IMG/VR virus record: IMGVR_UViG_3300042332_001215
Coordinates: 22,307-86,306 of that record
DNA length: 64,000 bases
From: a virus
Strand: one strand, 5' to 3'
This document shows, in pieces, positions 40,980-50,991 of the stretch. Numbering within the stretch: the first letter of the stretch is position 1; each line of letters opens with the position of its first letter. Both the position numbers and the translations under genes were made by a program. The notes beneath the pieces are model-generated. The model was not told the DNA's origin, did no database searches, and saw nothing but the letters and a program-made list of their open reading frames with translations.

Positions 40980-41413
40980 ACTTTTAACTCCGATTCTGTG
41001 AGGATTTTAAATTTCCACATTTTATCATCACAGAATTCTTTAGCAGCTTTCCATTTAGCTTGGTTTTTTACATACTCAGTAACTTCATAGATGTAACTTT
41101 TGGTTTGTCTCTGAGGTTTTTTGGGAGGAACAGTCTGCTTGCTAGGTTTGATTTCGATCAAATACTTTGTTATATCGCCATTTGAATCTTGAATTTTCAC
41201 ATAGAAATCTACATAGTATCTATGAATTCTGTTGTCCAATGGAGACCTATATGGAATAACAATTTCTTCAGATCCCCATTCCAGAACATTTGGTCTTGTG
41301 TCACAATACTTCATAAACTTTAGTTCCCAGGAAGACCTATAGATTATATTTCTATAGTTTCCTTTGTACTTATGAATATTCTTTGGGATAAATTTTCCCT
41401 TTAAAGTATTCAT
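40976..41413 (-). CDS. gp4: Head completion nuclease gp4
   Basis: KGKFIPKN..KY.G....IIYRSSWELKFMKYCD...HRYYVDF...IEIKP..QT...KNQAKW.AA; start placed at MNTLKGK. Confidence 0.92.
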   Translation of the reverse strand: MNTLKGKFIPKNIHKYKGNYRNIIYRSSWELKFMKYCDTRPNVLEWGSEEIVIPYRSPLDNRIHRYYVDFYVKIQDSNGDITKYLIEIKPSKQTVPPKKPQRQTKSYIYEVTEYVKNQAKWKAAKEFCDDKMWKFKILTESELKV

Positions 41414-41448
41414 AAATATTATTATAATGGGCATATCATAAAATATTT

Positions 41449-42441
41449 ATGTCAACTAGAGCAAGTAAAGACTATAATACAGAAGATGCCTACAGTTCCA
41501 CTGATTTTAAAGAGGGATTATATTGGCCTGATGTAAACAACATGCATGACATGTTAAAAATTAACATTGTTGAATATTTGCCCATCGCAAAATCTACTGT
41601 TGGTGCTACAAGTCAATTCACAAATATTTCAAATATTCAAAGTCAAACTCAAGTATTTGAAATCGGAACTAATGCAAATAAAAGAAATAAAAAAACATTA
41701 TCTACTGTAATGCTTCCAGTTCCAAATGACATTAACTATGCAGATCAATTACAGTGGGGATCTGAGGCATTAGGAATACTTGGAAAAATGGCACCAGCTC
41801 TAGCTAAAGGTGCATTGACTGATTCTTCTGGAATGGGAGATAAACTTAGTAAATTGGCGGGAGCAGGAACTCCAGAATTCCTTCTAAATCAAATCGGAAA
41901 AACATCAGTATTTTCACCACAAGCTGTACAAGCTTTGACTCAAGGAATTGGAGGAGTTATTCTAAATCCTTATGAGGAACAAATCTTCAAAGGAATTGGT
42001 ATGAGAGAATTTACATTCTCTTGGAAACTTGTTCCTAGAAGTTCATCAGAGCAATCAAAAATTCATAAAATTATCAAAGCACTTAGATACTACTCACTTC
42101 CTAATTACAGTGCAAGAGTAGGAATAAATGATGGAGTAGATCAAAATATTGAAACTAATAGACTACAAGATAGATGGTTGACAGTTCCAAATATTTTTGA
42201 ACTCAATTGGGTTCAAGCTGGAACTGATAATACAATCATACAATCACTTCCAAAAATTAAACCTTGTGTACTCAAAGCTATTTCTGTAAACTATACTCCA
42301 GATAATGTTTGGGCAACTCACTTAGCTAATGGCCCTGGATTGAGTGGTCCTGCACCTGTTGCATATGATGTCAATATCAATTTTGCAGAGACAGAAATTA
42401 TAACTTCATCAGATGTATTAAGCACTGGAGGAGGATACTAA
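41449..42441 (+). CDS. gp48: Baseplate tail-tube cap gp48
   Basis: LPVP..I..AD...W; NPYEEQIFKG...REFTFSWKLVPRS..E; CVL..ISVNYTPD; F.ETEIIT; divergent from gp4 as in T4-like phages. Confidence 0.85.
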   Translation: MSTRASKDYNTEDAYSSTDFKEGLYWPDVNNMHDMLKINIVEYLPIAKSTVGATSQFTNISNIQSQTQVFEIGTNANKRNKKTLSTVMLPVPNDINYADQLQWGSEALGILGKMAPALAKGALTDSSGMGDKLSKLAGAGTPEFLLNQIGKTSVFSPQAVQALTQGIGGVILNPYEEQIFKGIGMREFTFSWKLVPRSSSEQSKIHKIIKALRYYSLPNYSARVGINDGVDQNIETNRLQDRWLTVPNIFELNWVQAGTDNTIIQSLPKIKPCVLKAISVNYTPDNVWATHLANGPGLSGPAPVAYDVNINFAETEIITSSDVLSTGGGY

Positions 42442-42442
42442 A

Positions 42443-43126
42443 ATGTTTTTCGATTCTCAACCAAATTTTTACTATCCTTATAAAGGTGGAATAAAGTTAT
42501 CTAAAAATTTATTTCGTAGAGTTAGATTTAGAGATAACATTAATGCATTGTATGTTGCATCTACTAGATATACAATTCAAACAGGAGAAACACCAGAAAT
42601 AATCTCAAATAAAAAATATGGATCTCCTGAGTGGTATTGGACTATATTAATTTTAAACAACATTATAGACATTCATAATGATTGGCCAGTATCTGATTAT
42701 GAATTAGATACTGCTATAGAAAAGAAATATGGAGATGCTCAAAACGACATTCGTTTTTGGGAAACTAAAACAATCTATGATGGAGATAATTTAGTTTTGG
42801 AAGGAGGTATAATTATAGAGTATAATGAAGGAAGATCAGAGCAACAAAATGTAAATTATTATCCATCATATTATAATGAACAAAATCAATTAGTTGATGT
42901 ATTTACATTAACTACTGCAAATGGTACTGTATTAACTCGATCTCAAATTATGACCCCAGTTACCAACAGAGAATTTGAATATAGCCAAAACGAAAATAAA
43001 AGAGAAATATTTTTAATTAAACCAGAGTTTCTAACCATAATGAAGGAAGAGATTGAAACTCTATTTGCATACGATACCAAATACAAGATAGATTCTGCAG
43101 GAGTTAGATTCTCAGAAGACCCATAA
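42443..43126 (+). CDS. gp53: Baseplate wedge subunit gp53
   Basis: KNLFRRV, YTIQ.GETPE.IS...YG....YW.ILILNNIID...DWP, VTN.EFE...NE.KREI. Confidence 0.9.
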   Translation: MFFDSQPNFYYPYKGGIKLSKNLFRRVRFRDNINALYVASTRYTIQTGETPEIISNKKYGSPEWYWTILILNNIIDIHNDWPVSDYELDTAIEKKYGDAQNDIRFWETKTIYDGDNLVLEGGIIIEYNEGRSEQQNVNYYPSYYNEQNQLVDVFTLTTANGTVLTRSQIMTPVTNREFEYSQNENKREIFLIKPEFLTIMKEEIETLFAYDTKYKIDSAGVRFSEDP

Positions 43127-43147
43127 AAAAGGGGGGCTTTGCCCCCC
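43124..43147. terminator. Terminator hairpin between convergent gp53 and gp32
   Basis: GGGGGGC-TTT-GCCCCCC hairpin flanked by an A run (U-tail on the minus strand). Confidence 0.8.
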
Positions 43148-43156
43148 GTTGAACTA

Positions 43157-44062
43157 TCAGTCCTCTTCAGCTAGACGAGCAAAGTAACTTAGAGTGTCGT
43201 CTTCATCTTCATTGCTAGTAGAACGAGAAGAGAAGGAAGGAGCGGAAGAAGCAGCAAAAGAAGCGACATTTTCATTTACTTGAGACTCCTCATCTTCATA
43301 GGTTTCACGATCAATCTTTTGTGTTGGACGAGTGTTTAGAACCATATCCAGACGCTTTTGAAGTTCTTCAAAAGTCTTGAAGTTATTCTCAGCAGTAAAC
43401 TGAGTAAGGCTATGAGTCTTAGAATAGATCTGCTCTAGTTGATCATCATCAAAATCTCCTAGTGTACTAGGGCTAGAGAACTCAGACTTGTCATAGTTCC
43501 AGTAACCTTCAACTTTACGAAGCTTTAGTTTGAAATCAGCACCAGTCCAGAAGTCGAATGGATTGATAGGAGTTTCATCTGCAAATGCAGGTTGCATAGC
43601 TTCAGTAATCTTGTCGAAGATCTTCTTGCCAAACTTGTAAAGGAATACTTTACCTTCGTTTTCGGGGTGTGCTGGATCTTTGATTACATAAATGTTGGTG
43701 TAGTATGATAGCTTACGCTTTTGTTTGCGAGCAATCTCTTTATCCTTCTCACTACCACTGTTCCAGAGTTGGCGATTCAGTTCTCCTACTGGATCTTTCT
43801 TGTTTAGAGTGGTGAGTGAGTTTTCGATGTACCAACCACCAGGACCTTGAAAAGCATGACTCCAGACTTTGGCCCAAGGAACATCTTCGCCTTCAGGTGG
43901 GGGTAGGAAGCGGATTACAGCGTAGCCGTTGCCTGCTTTGTCCATTTCTGGCTTCCAGAGACGGTCATCAGCACCGCCTTCAGTGGAAGACATTTTTTCG
44001 ATTTCTTGTGTTAGCTTGTCAAAGGCATTGCCAGAGTTACGCTTGAGAGTTGCAAAAGACAT
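43157..44062 (-). CDS. gp32: Single-stranded DNA-binding protein gp32
   Basis: DDRLWKPEMDKAGNGYAVIRFLP, HAFQGPGGWYIENSLTT, FLYKFGKKIFDKI, acidic tail LSYFARLAEED; start at MSFATLKR. Confidence 0.97.
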   Translation of the reverse strand: MSFATLKRNSGNAFDKLTQEIEKMSSTEGGADDRLWKPEMDKAGNGYAVIRFLPPPEGEDVPWAKVWSHAFQGPGGWYIENSLTTLNKKDPVGELNRQLWNSGSEKDKEIARKQKRKLSYYTNIYVIKDPAHPENEGKVFLYKFGKKIFDKITEAMQPAFADETPINPFDFWTGADFKLKLRKVEGYWNYDKSEFSSPSTLGDFDDDQLEQIYSKTHSLTQFTAENNFKTFEELQKRLDMVLNTRPTQKIDRETYEDEESQVNENVASFAASSAPSFSSRSTSNEDEDDTLSYFARLAEED

Positions 44063-44136
44063 GTGGATTCTCCGTATTAGTTGTATTAGATGGATTTGGC
44101 TTGTGGACCCCAACCCATGAAACCATGGTAGCAGGG

Positions 44137-44472
44137 TCAGACAGATTTGTCAAGTCTTTCTTTGGCCTTGGAAATGTCCTTCTTCATCTGGGCAAAGATT
44201 TGTGACACATCAGTATCAGAAGAGACTCCTAGGAATACTGCTGATGCACGAAGCATTTCTACAAACTCTTCAGCATCGTTATCACTAGAATATTTTGCCC
44301 TAAAATATAATAGTTCTTGAAGTTCTACAAGTCGTTCTAGTTTTTCTAGACATTCTTTGCGATCATCTTCAGACTTTTCGTGTGGACTATACATCAAGAA
44401 AGAAATTTCTTGATACAGTTTTGTCATTTCTTCCAATTCATCACGAATTAATTCTTCTTCAAAAAAAGACAT
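44137..44472 (-). CDS. Conserved cyanophage/cyanobacterial helical protein (DUF1825-like)
   Basis: MSFFEEELIRDEL...LQELLYFR...S.D.DA; usual position upstream of gp32. Confidence 0.6.
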   Translation of the reverse strand: MSFFEEELIRDELEEMTKLYQEISFLMYSPHEKSEDDRKECLEKLERLVELQELLYFRAKYSSDNDAEEFVEMLRASAVFLGVSSDTDVSQIFAQMKKDISKAKERLDKSV

Positions 44473-45059
44473 TAGGTTTGTACCTTAGACAAAAGTATCT
44501 GTTTGTATTTAGGTTTATCTACTGAAAGGAAAGGTTCGTATTTTACTACCTTTCTTTTCAGCTCTGGCCATAATACTGGATCTATTATTGACTTGTCGAA
44601 GTCTTTAACAAAATTTAATAATTGGTTAAATATAACCAATGTTTCCAAATTTATTGATTTGGATAGATATTTTTTTATGAGGGGAGGGTGAGTTCCCGAA
44701 GTTTTGAATATACCTTCAAAGTCAGTATCTTTCAAAAGTACATCAACATCATTAGAAAATACAAAACTCATACTTTGAATTTTTTTGAGCCAGTCGGAAT
44801 ACACAGAAAAGTTTTCTATTCTAGAAATGTCTCCTATCCAAGTATCTCCGTTTTGTGCAAAATGAGCTACAAAATATTGAATCAATTCTTCTCTATCAAA
44901 TTTTGTAGCTAATTTTTTAAAAAAGTATTTATCTTTTCTTTTTTCAAAAGACTCTAAAGTAGTTCTAGTCTTTCCATTAAAAGTAAAGAAATTGTATGAG
45001 TCTGATGTAAAATGTAGTTTTATAGCAAGATATAACTTATATACATCAAAGCCATTCAT
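44472..45059 (-). CDS. gp59: Helicase loader gp59
   Basis: GFDVYKLYLAIKLHFT...Y....FNGK....FEKRKDKYFFKKLA, HPPL.K.YL...I.LETLVI. Confidence 0.88.
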   Translation of the reverse strand: MNGFDVYKLYLAIKLHFTSDSYNFFTFNGKTRTTLESFEKRKDKYFFKKLATKFDREELIQYFVAHFAQNGDTWIGDISRIENFSVYSDWLKKIQSMSFVFSNDVDVLLKDTDFEGIFKTSGTHPPLIKKYLSKSINLETLVIFNQLLNFVKDFDKSIIDPVLWPELKRKVVKYEPFLSVDKPKYKQILLSKVQT

Positions 45060-45400
45060 AAAGGAAGTCTTGCACGAGAAGTTCTTTTCATAAAGTTCAT
45101 GCGTTGTGCATCAACTTTAAGCTTCTCCTTCAGTGGTTTTGAAATCAGTTTAGAAACATTCTCTAGTTGAATGTCATTCTCTTCACAGTAAACAAGTACT
45201 GCATCAATGTAGTTGAGGCCGCCATGATTATTCTTGACAATCTCTTCTACTTCCATGGAAAATTTAGCTGCTGTCATAAATTTATCTTCAATAAGTTGAT
45301 CAAAACACTCAGATGCATATGGAGAATTTTTGTAACAATGTTTGTCTTGTACTGGATCTTTACCAGACTTTTTTAGTCGTTTACTAGAATCCATATGCAT
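45056..45400 (-). CDS. gp33: Late transcription co-activator gp33
   Basis: FS.EVE.IV......YIDAV..YCEEN.I..E.V.KLISKPLKEKLK.DA...NFMKRTSRARLPL. Confidence 0.92.
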   Translation of the reverse strand: MHMDSSKRLKKSGKDPVQDKHCYKNSPYASECFDQLIEDKFMTAAKFSMEVEEIVKNNHGGLNYIDAVLVYCEENDIQLENVSKLISKPLKEKLKVDAQRMNFMKRTSRARLPL

Positions 45401-45406
45401 CTAAAA

Positions 45407-46069
45407 TTAGTGGGTGTTATTCCAATGGTCAATATATGTCATGAGAACTTTCATGTACTTCATGATATCATACTCCTGGAAGACTTGGATTTCTCCATCT
45501 TCACAAGCGATTAGAGTTACAAGTTTCTTTACTTTAATGCCAGTACGCTCATAATACATCATTGCATATGCACATTCTTGGGCAATATAGTTTTCAATCC
45601 ACTCTCTTTTCTTTGGTTCAGTGGAAGATTTAAAGTCTATGATTGCTAGTTCATTTTCGTATTCTGCAATACAATCAACTCTTCCAGCAAGTTTTAATTT
45701 ATCGCTATACAAAGCACCTTCTAGAAGATGAATATTGTTGATTTTATCTAGATAGGGCTTTAAATGTTTGAACATGAATAGAGGAAGTACTTTGGCTTTA
45801 TACTTCTCTTCATTGAATATATTATTTAGGTAATCTTCATTCATAGAATGAAGAGATGTTCCTCTAGAAGCTGCTCTTGAGGAAATGCGATTGGCTTCTT
45901 TTTCGCCAACTCGTTTCCTCCATTCTAAAATAGATTTTTTTGACTTGGCCCCAATAACAGTAGTAACGGAAGGATACTTACCCCCAGTCGGGGTGATATA
46001 GAACCTTCCGTTATCTGTTGTTTCAGCTTCAAGTTCAATTACAGGTACATTATTTAGATGAACAAACAC
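45407..46069 (-). CDS. PD-(D/E)XK exonuclease (cyanophage exonuclease A/Cas4-like)
   Basis: YPSVTTV, WRKRVGE.EANRIS..A..RGT..H, AGRVDCIAEY...LAIIDFKSS. Confidence 0.85.
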   Translation of the reverse strand: MFVHLNNVPVIELEAETTDNGRFYITPTGGKYPSVTTVIGAKSKKSILEWRKRVGEKEANRISSRAASRGTSLHSMNEDYLNNIFNEEKYKAKVLPLFMFKHLKPYLDKINNIHLLEGALYSDKLKLAGRVDCIAEYENELAIIDFKSSTEPKKREWIENYIAQECAYAMMYYERTGIKVKKLVTLIACEDGEIQVFQEYDIMKYMKVLMTYIDHWNNTH

Positions 46070-46071
46070 TA

Positions 46072-46827
46072 TTAGAATCCCAAATTAAGTTTACTAATTA
46101 GATAGCTTCTGATTAGACCAGAACGAACAATATCAGCAATTCCAAATTCAATCATTGAAAATTCTTCCATTGTATTTAGAATACTCATGAAATTGAGAAT
46201 TCCATTCTTTTCATTAGTTTTGATTAAGTCAGTTTGTTGGACATCTCCACAAAAGATAATCTTAGTATCTTGGCCAACACGAGTAATGATTGAATCAAGT
46301 TCATGGAAATTTAGATTCTGACTTTCATCAACAATAATGATAGCATTATCAAGTGTAGTTCCACGAATGAATGAAGTGCTCCAGAAACTAACAGTTCCCT
46401 GATTCTTTAGATTGCCATACAACATTTCAAAGGAAGCGTCATCAGGCATTTCAAACATGTACTTTACCATATTCTTATACGGAATCTGATAAAGACTAGA
46501 CTTATCTTCATGATCACCTGGGAGGAAACCAATCTCTCGGGTAGAAACTAGAGAACGAACCATATAAACTTTATCATATGGAGTTCTATCATTTAGAACA
46601 TCTTTGAGAGCAAGATATAAGCTAACAAAAGTTTTACCAGTGCCAGCAGCACCATAAAGGAATAAATTCTTTTCCTGGGCATATTCTTCAAATACTTTTT
46701 CTTGAGCTGGAGTCAATGGTTGAATATCAACCATAAGATCTAGATCAATTGGTTTTTTCCTTCTTACTTTTTTAGCAGATAGATCTGCAAAGGAGCTTTC
46801 ATTCTTTTTTCTACGGGAACTTGTCAT
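46072..46827 (-). CDS. phoH: PhoH-family ATPase
   Basis: GAAGTGKT Walker A, REIGFLPG, FIRGTTLD...IVDESQN, TRVG..TKIIFCGD..QTDL. Confidence 0.95.
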   Translation of the reverse strand: MTSSRRKKNESSFADLSAKKVRRKKPIDLDLMVDIQPLTPAQEKVFEEYAQEKNLFLYGAAGTGKTFVSLYLALKDVLNDRTPYDKVYMVRSLVSTREIGFLPGDHEDKSSLYQIPYKNMVKYMFEMPDDASFEMLYGNLKNQGTVSFWSTSFIRGTTLDNAIIIVDESQNLNFHELDSIITRVGQDTKIIFCGDVQQTDLIKTNEKNGILNFMSILNTMEEFSMIEFGIADIVRSGLIRSYLISKLNLGF

Positions 46828-47057
46828 ACTTCAAAAGTTGAATTTGGGTAAGATTTTTTAATGCGACCTAGAACATCTTTAAATGAGCCAGGGACTTTGG
46901 TGTTTTTCCAGTCTCCGACTTCACTAACAGAAGACATTCCAGTAGGAACCTGAGAGATATGCGGATTCTCTTTCAGGTAAGGTTCCCTTTCTGCCATGTA
47001 CATCCATTTTTCAAAAATCTCACCTGTATTATTGTCTCGGAATTTATAAGTTGGCAT
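46824..47057 (-). CDS. Small FmdB-like protein (MPTY motif, cysteines absent)
   Basis: MPTYKFRDNNTGEIFE...F.DVL..IKK..P; true start is later than in the ORF track. Confidence 0.65.
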   Translation of the reverse strand: MPTYKFRDNNTGEIFEKWMYMAEREPYLKENPHISQVPTGMSSVSEVGDWKNTKVPGSFKDVLGRIKKSYPNSTFEV

Positions 47058-47592
47058 GTGTTTTAAACCATTCAGGGATAATAGCTGGAGATTTCCATTT
47101 TGCAAAGGAAACTTTTTCTCCAATATAATAGTTACGATATGACTGAATTGAATCAGCTTGCTTGTATTTATCGGGCATTGCTGGAGGGGGTTCTGTCCAC
47201 CCAAGCTCTGGAAGATTGTTGGGGATATTCTGAAGGTATCCTTTTAGAGATTCAGTAGCATGAAACTTGCCATATCTCCTGGTGTATTCAATGCAGCACT
47301 GCTCAAAGAGTTCATAGAGCCACTTGTAATGTGATCGAGAACTCCTAGCCCAGACAGCAGAAGGGTGGTTAATATGACAAGCTTTATAGAGATTTGATTC
47401 CCTGGGCTCATCGAGTTTGAACCTTTTGACTTTACGATTCTTTTCAGAAAGTTCAAGATAACCAATGCCGTCAAGAACTCGATGAGCAGTTGATAGAAGT
47501 TGTGCATACTCAACAATCATTTTGACAACATGTTTATCACAATGCTCTTGAGCACACACAACTGGATTATAGTTCAAATAAAAGATGTTCAT
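47044..47592 (-). CDS. Pyrimidine-dimer DNA glycosylase-like protein
   Basis: MNIFYL...CAQ.HCDKHVVKM..E.AQLLSTAH...YK..H.NHPS..W.R...Y.RRYGK.H. Confidence 0.75.
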   Translation of the reverse strand: MNIFYLNYNPVVCAQEHCDKHVVKMIVEYAQLLSTAHRVLDGIGYLELSEKNRKVKRFKLDEPRESNLYKACHINHPSAVWARSSRSHYKWLYELFEQCCIEYTRRYGKFHATESLKGYLQNIPNNLPELGWTEPPPAMPDKYKQADSIQSYRNYYIGEKVSFAKWKSPAIIPEWFKTHANL

Positions 47593-47611
47593 AATATAAG
47601 GGGGGATCAGA

Positions 47612-48274
47612 TTACCAGTCTAACGCCTCGGCAAGGTCAGGGAAAGCAGTCTTAAATACTTCTTTACATTCGTTGGCAATGTCCATGTGCTCCTTCTGAG
47701 TGCCGTGGGCAGAGCGAAGATTAATATAATGAATCCATGACCTGGCTGAGCCCTTCATATAGATTCTAGTTGGAGTTGATAGTGGAAGTACAAACCTTGC
47801 ACATTCCTTAGCAACACCTTGGCTGAGAAGACTATCGTAAAGTTGTTGACCTTTCTCAAAGTATTCTTGGATTTCTCCTTGCATCTTGAGCTTTACATAA
47901 TCACCAAAATCATCAATAGAGTTTTGACGATTCTTGTCATCCTGTCTACGAAGATCAGGCATCACAGGACGGTCAGAAAGAAGTTTGGTGTCAGCATACC
48001 TCTGTGAAAATTCTTGAAATGTGAAGCTCCTATGTCGAAGCACTTGGGCTGCGATTCCTCTAGTAGTATTGATCTCTAGAGTCATATCAGCTTGTTCAAA
48101 GATTGACCAGTGATTCTGACGAATGCAATAGCGAAGAAGTTTAGCTGCAGTATCAAAATTTTCTTGATTTGCTGGATTACTTACACGAGCAGTATAAGTA
48201 ATCACTTCTTGGGCAGATTTACCTTCTAGTTTACCTGCACCTTGACTAAGTGAAATCAAATAAACATTGCTCAT
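47612..48274 (-). CDS. thyX: FAD-dependent thymidylate synthase
   Basis: HWSIFEQ, QVLRHRSFTFQEFSQRY (RHRxxSxxxxSxR-type), KECARFVLP, TQKEH. Confidence 0.96.
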   Translation of the reverse strand: MSNVYLISLSQGAGKLEGKSAQEVITYTARVSNPANQENFDTAAKLLRYCIRQNHWSIFEQADMTLEINTTRGIAAQVLRHRSFTFQEFSQRYADTKLLSDRPVMPDLRRQDDKNRQNSIDDFGDYVKLKMQGEIQEYFEKGQQLYDSLLSQGVAKECARFVLPLSTPTRIYMKGSARSWIHYINLRSAHGTQKEHMDIANECKEVFKTAFPDLAEALDW

Positions 48275-48276
48275 AA

Positions 48277-48537
48277 TTACTTTTTCTTTTTGGTTTCTTT
48301 TGGTGGGTTTCCCCAGAGTTTAGGATTGACTTTGCCATCAGTCCAGCGGATGTCTTTCAGACCCTCTCGGTACTGGTCCCAGTACATGTCGAAGATCTGA
48401 GCCCGCTTGTTACATACCACTATATCATGTTTTTTCTGGTTGTCAACCTCATAAGTGACAATATAAGAATTGAGTGGTAAAGTTTTATCTTTTGCTAAAC
48501 TTTTATCGCAGTCTTGATGTACAATTTTACACATGTC
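48277..48537 (-). CDS. Conserved cyanophage hypothetical protein
   Basis: HQDCD...A.D..LP.NSY.V.Y...FD.YWD.Y...G.VNPKLWG; start codon uncertain. Confidence 0.6.
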   Translation of the reverse strand, partial: DMCKIVHQDCDKSLAKDKTLPLNSYIVTYEVDNQKKHDIVVCNKRAQIFDMYWDQYREGLKDIRWTDGKVNPKLWGNPPKETKKKK

Positions 48538-48988
48538 AAGATCTATTACCCCACTTAATTTCTGGATAGGCTTCTTCAACACAAGCTTTAGTGATCTTGT
48601 ATTTTTTACCTAGGGTTTTGTCCTTTACCATACAAAGGATTTTTGCTTCATCTTGATGAAGACTTTCTATAAGTTGAATGAACATAGTCTCTCTTTTGTT
48701 ATTTGCGAGACCGTCATTTCCACCCTTCACAAAGTTATACAGAATTCTATATTCATGAAGGAGTCTTGTGTGCTCGGTATCTTCTGGAGCTTCATTGGGA
48801 GTGTATGGAACTTCTCCATCTGGAAGAAGTGATACTACACTTTCATCAAAATTCCAAATTAGAATTGATTGTAGTGCTGGAGTCTTATACTTGTTGAGCA
48901 GCTCAATCTTTTCTTTTTTCGTTTTTGCATTTGAAACTTTTTGTAGGACTTCTGATAACAGAAGTCTTTCTACTGGTAATTCAGCCAT
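48536..48988 (-). CDS. Conserved T4-like phage hypothetical protein
   Basis: LLSEVLQKVSNAKTKKEKI..L...WNFD.S..S.LP.GEVPY..N; RETMFIQL.E.LH..EA. Confidence 0.7.
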   Translation of the reverse strand: MAELPVERLLLSEVLQKVSNAKTKKEKIELLNKYKTPALQSILIWNFDESVVSLLPDGEVPYTPNEAPEDTEHTRLLHEYRILYNFVKGGNDGLANNKRETMFIQLIESLHQDEAKILCMVKDKTLGKKYKITKACVEEAYPEIKWGNRS

Positions 48989-48991
48989 TGT

Positions 48992-49873
48992 TTAAAAATC
49001 CTCCATTTCATTTAATAGTGATACTAGCTTATGCTCAATAAAATAATTTATCGAAACCTTAGTTGGCTTACTACTATTTAACAAGTTATATTCTGATATA
49101 ATTTTTTCTTGTATAGTTTCTGGTATACAAGTTAGATCAATTAGTTTTAAGTTTCTATGATAATTGATAAGCTGTTCTTCATTGCAATATGATTCTGGTT
49201 CACAATGAATCCACTTCTCAATGTTCTTTTTACTGATAGGTTTTTGTCTTTTGCCAGAAACAAAAGTATCGGATGCAGATAAAAAGTTTGGAATTCCATC
49301 CGATCTATCGCCTTTAATTACATGCTCTCTGATGTACAGTTTTGGATCAATACCATCAGTTACATATTTTTTCTGAACTGGATTATACTGAGTGACACAA
49401 GGATATTTTGATAGTTGAATAAAATCCTTGTCACCAGATAAAATTAAAACCTTTTCGGTCTGCAGATTTTCTTTCTGCTTTTTAATATTCTGTGTAGTTA
49501 CATGTTTGGATAGAGTTGCAATAATATCGTCTGCTTCTGCTCCATATACTTCCATAACAATATATGGAAAGTTAGAACGAATTTCATCTCTGATTTTATT
49601 GAGAATCTCAAAAATTTGATTCCAATCAAATGATGATTTCTCTCTATCCTTTTTCCTATTCTGTTTGTAGTATGGAAAGAACTCTTTTCTCCAATAGTGC
49701 TTACTATCGTAACAAAGAATTAAATTGCCATACTCTGCATGAAATTTTTTCTTGTATGATTTGAGTGAGGTTAAAACCATGTGACGGACCATATTTTCAT
49801 CAAGTCCGTCACTCAGTCTAGTTTGCATCATCAAATTACTAATCATGCACTGATTCATATCGACCAGTATCAT
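48992..49873 (-). CDS. rnh: T4-type RNase H (5'-3' exonuclease/flap family)
   Basis: MILVD.NQ, YWRK.FFPYYKQNRKKDR, EADDII, ILSGDKDFIQL, KGDRSDGIPNFLS. Confidence 0.93.
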   Translation of the reverse strand: MILVDMNQCMISNLMMQTRLSDGLDENMVRHMVLTSLKSYKKKFHAEYGNLILCYDSKHYWRKEFFPYYKQNRKKDREKSSFDWNQIFEILNKIRDEIRSNFPYIVMEVYGAEADDIIATLSKHVTTQNIKKQKENLQTEKVLILSGDKDFIQLSKYPCVTQYNPVQKKYVTDGIDPKLYIREHVIKGDRSDGIPNFLSASDTFVSGKRQKPISKKNIEKWIHCEPESYCNEEQLINYHRNLKLIDLTCIPETIQEKIISEYNLLNSSKPTKVSINYFIEHKLVSLLNEMEDF

Positions 49874-49876
49874 AAA

Positions 49877-50113
49877 TTAATCCTCTTCGTCTTCTTCTTC
49901 GTCGTCTTCTTCAAAACGCACAGCAATTAATTCTTCGGTAATATAGTTTCCATTTTCATCATACATTTCTGGGTGAGCAGAATTAGTATGGTTTGAAACT
50001 GGATTGAAATATTCATTTGCGAACCATCCAAAAACCATTCCGATTAAAAAACTCAATCCTATCAATACAAATCCCACTGCAAAAACAGTAAGTAAAATTA
50101 GTAGATTCGCCAT
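49877..50113 (-). CDS. Small membrane protein
   Basis: Hydrophobic N-terminus, HPEMYDENG motif, acidic tail. Confidence 0.65.
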   Translation of the reverse strand: MANLLILLTVFAVGFVLIGLSFLIGMVFGWFANEYFNPVSNHTNSAHPEMYDENGNYITEELIAVRFEEDDEEEDEED

Positions 50114-50134
50114 TGTTCTTTTTCCTCTAGAGTG

Positions 50135-50293
50135 TTAGTCTTGGTGATCTTCTACGAAGATTTTAACTTCCACTCTGTAGTTTCTTTTGAAAATAGAAAC
50201 TATTTTATCGAAGTGGAAGTCAGGCTTTTTCAAGTCTTTTTTCCTCCCACTTATCATTGCTCTTACATTTTTATTTAGTAACTTTTCATTCAT
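50135..50293 (-). CDS. Small hypothetical protein (52 aa)
   Basis: Manually translated MNEKLLNKNVRAMISGRKK...HQD*; ATGA overlap with the upstream stop. Confidence 0.55.
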   Translation of the reverse strand: MNEKLLNKNVRAMISGRKKDLKKPDFHFDKIVSIFKRNYRVEVKIFVEDHQD

Positions 50294-50991
50294 GCAATAA
50301 CTTTGATTAGAATATGTTTGGAAGTCATTCTTCCTGATGGAGCCTTTGGTTTAGTAGTTAGATGAGTGCCAATAGATTCAGCATTAAACTTACTACAAGA
50401 AATAACCTCTGTCAAAAATTCTTCTGGTTTTCTCAGAGTACGAACCCAAGATTTTTCTGCATCAAACCCATCAACCATTGTACGACGAACTGTGAGAGAC
50501 CTACCAGTATAGTAACAAAGTTCCCTCTTTTCTACATTGTAGAGGAACACATGCTTTGCACCAATGATCTCTGTTGCAGGAAGAGGTTTGTAAGTTGTGT
50601 CTCCAAATGAAATTGACTTGTCATATAGAGTCACATATTTGACTAGCTTTTCAGGAGTAATCTTACGCCGCTTGCGAACAATCTTTTTGGAATCTTTATA
50701 TGCATAAAGATCATCAAGGATTTGATTTAATAATTCTTTGAAGTCACGAAGTTCAGGACGACGAAAATGAGAATACCCTTCTTTTACAACTTCATCTTGA
50801 TTGTTGAGAGCAATATCTATTTCTTCAATTTGCTCATTTACAAATCCAAGTTTAGTCTCAATAAAATTATTGATTGTCCTGCGGTCAATATCCTCAGACT
50901 TTAAAAACTGCATAAAGCTCGCTTTAGGTTTTTTGCGAGTAATTACAAAGTCATCAATAACGGAATCAATAAAAGCTGCAATTTCGCTCAT
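50290..50991 (-). CDS. Conserved T4-like phage hypothetical protein
   Basis: 233 aa; EGYSH, S..RTLRKPEEFL, SGRM....ILIKV motifs. Confidence 0.65.
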   Translation of the reverse strand: MSEIAAFIDSVIDDFVITRKKPKASFMQFLKSEDIDRRTINNFIETKLGFVNEQIEEIDIALNNQDEVVKEGYSHFRRPELRDFKELLNQILDDLYAYKDSKKIVRKRRKITPEKLVKYVTLYDKSISFGDTTYKPLPATEIIGAKHVFLYNVEKRELCYYTGRSLTVRRTMVDGFDAEKSWVRTLRKPEEFLTEVISCSKFNAESIGTHLTTKPKAPSGRMTSKHILIKVIA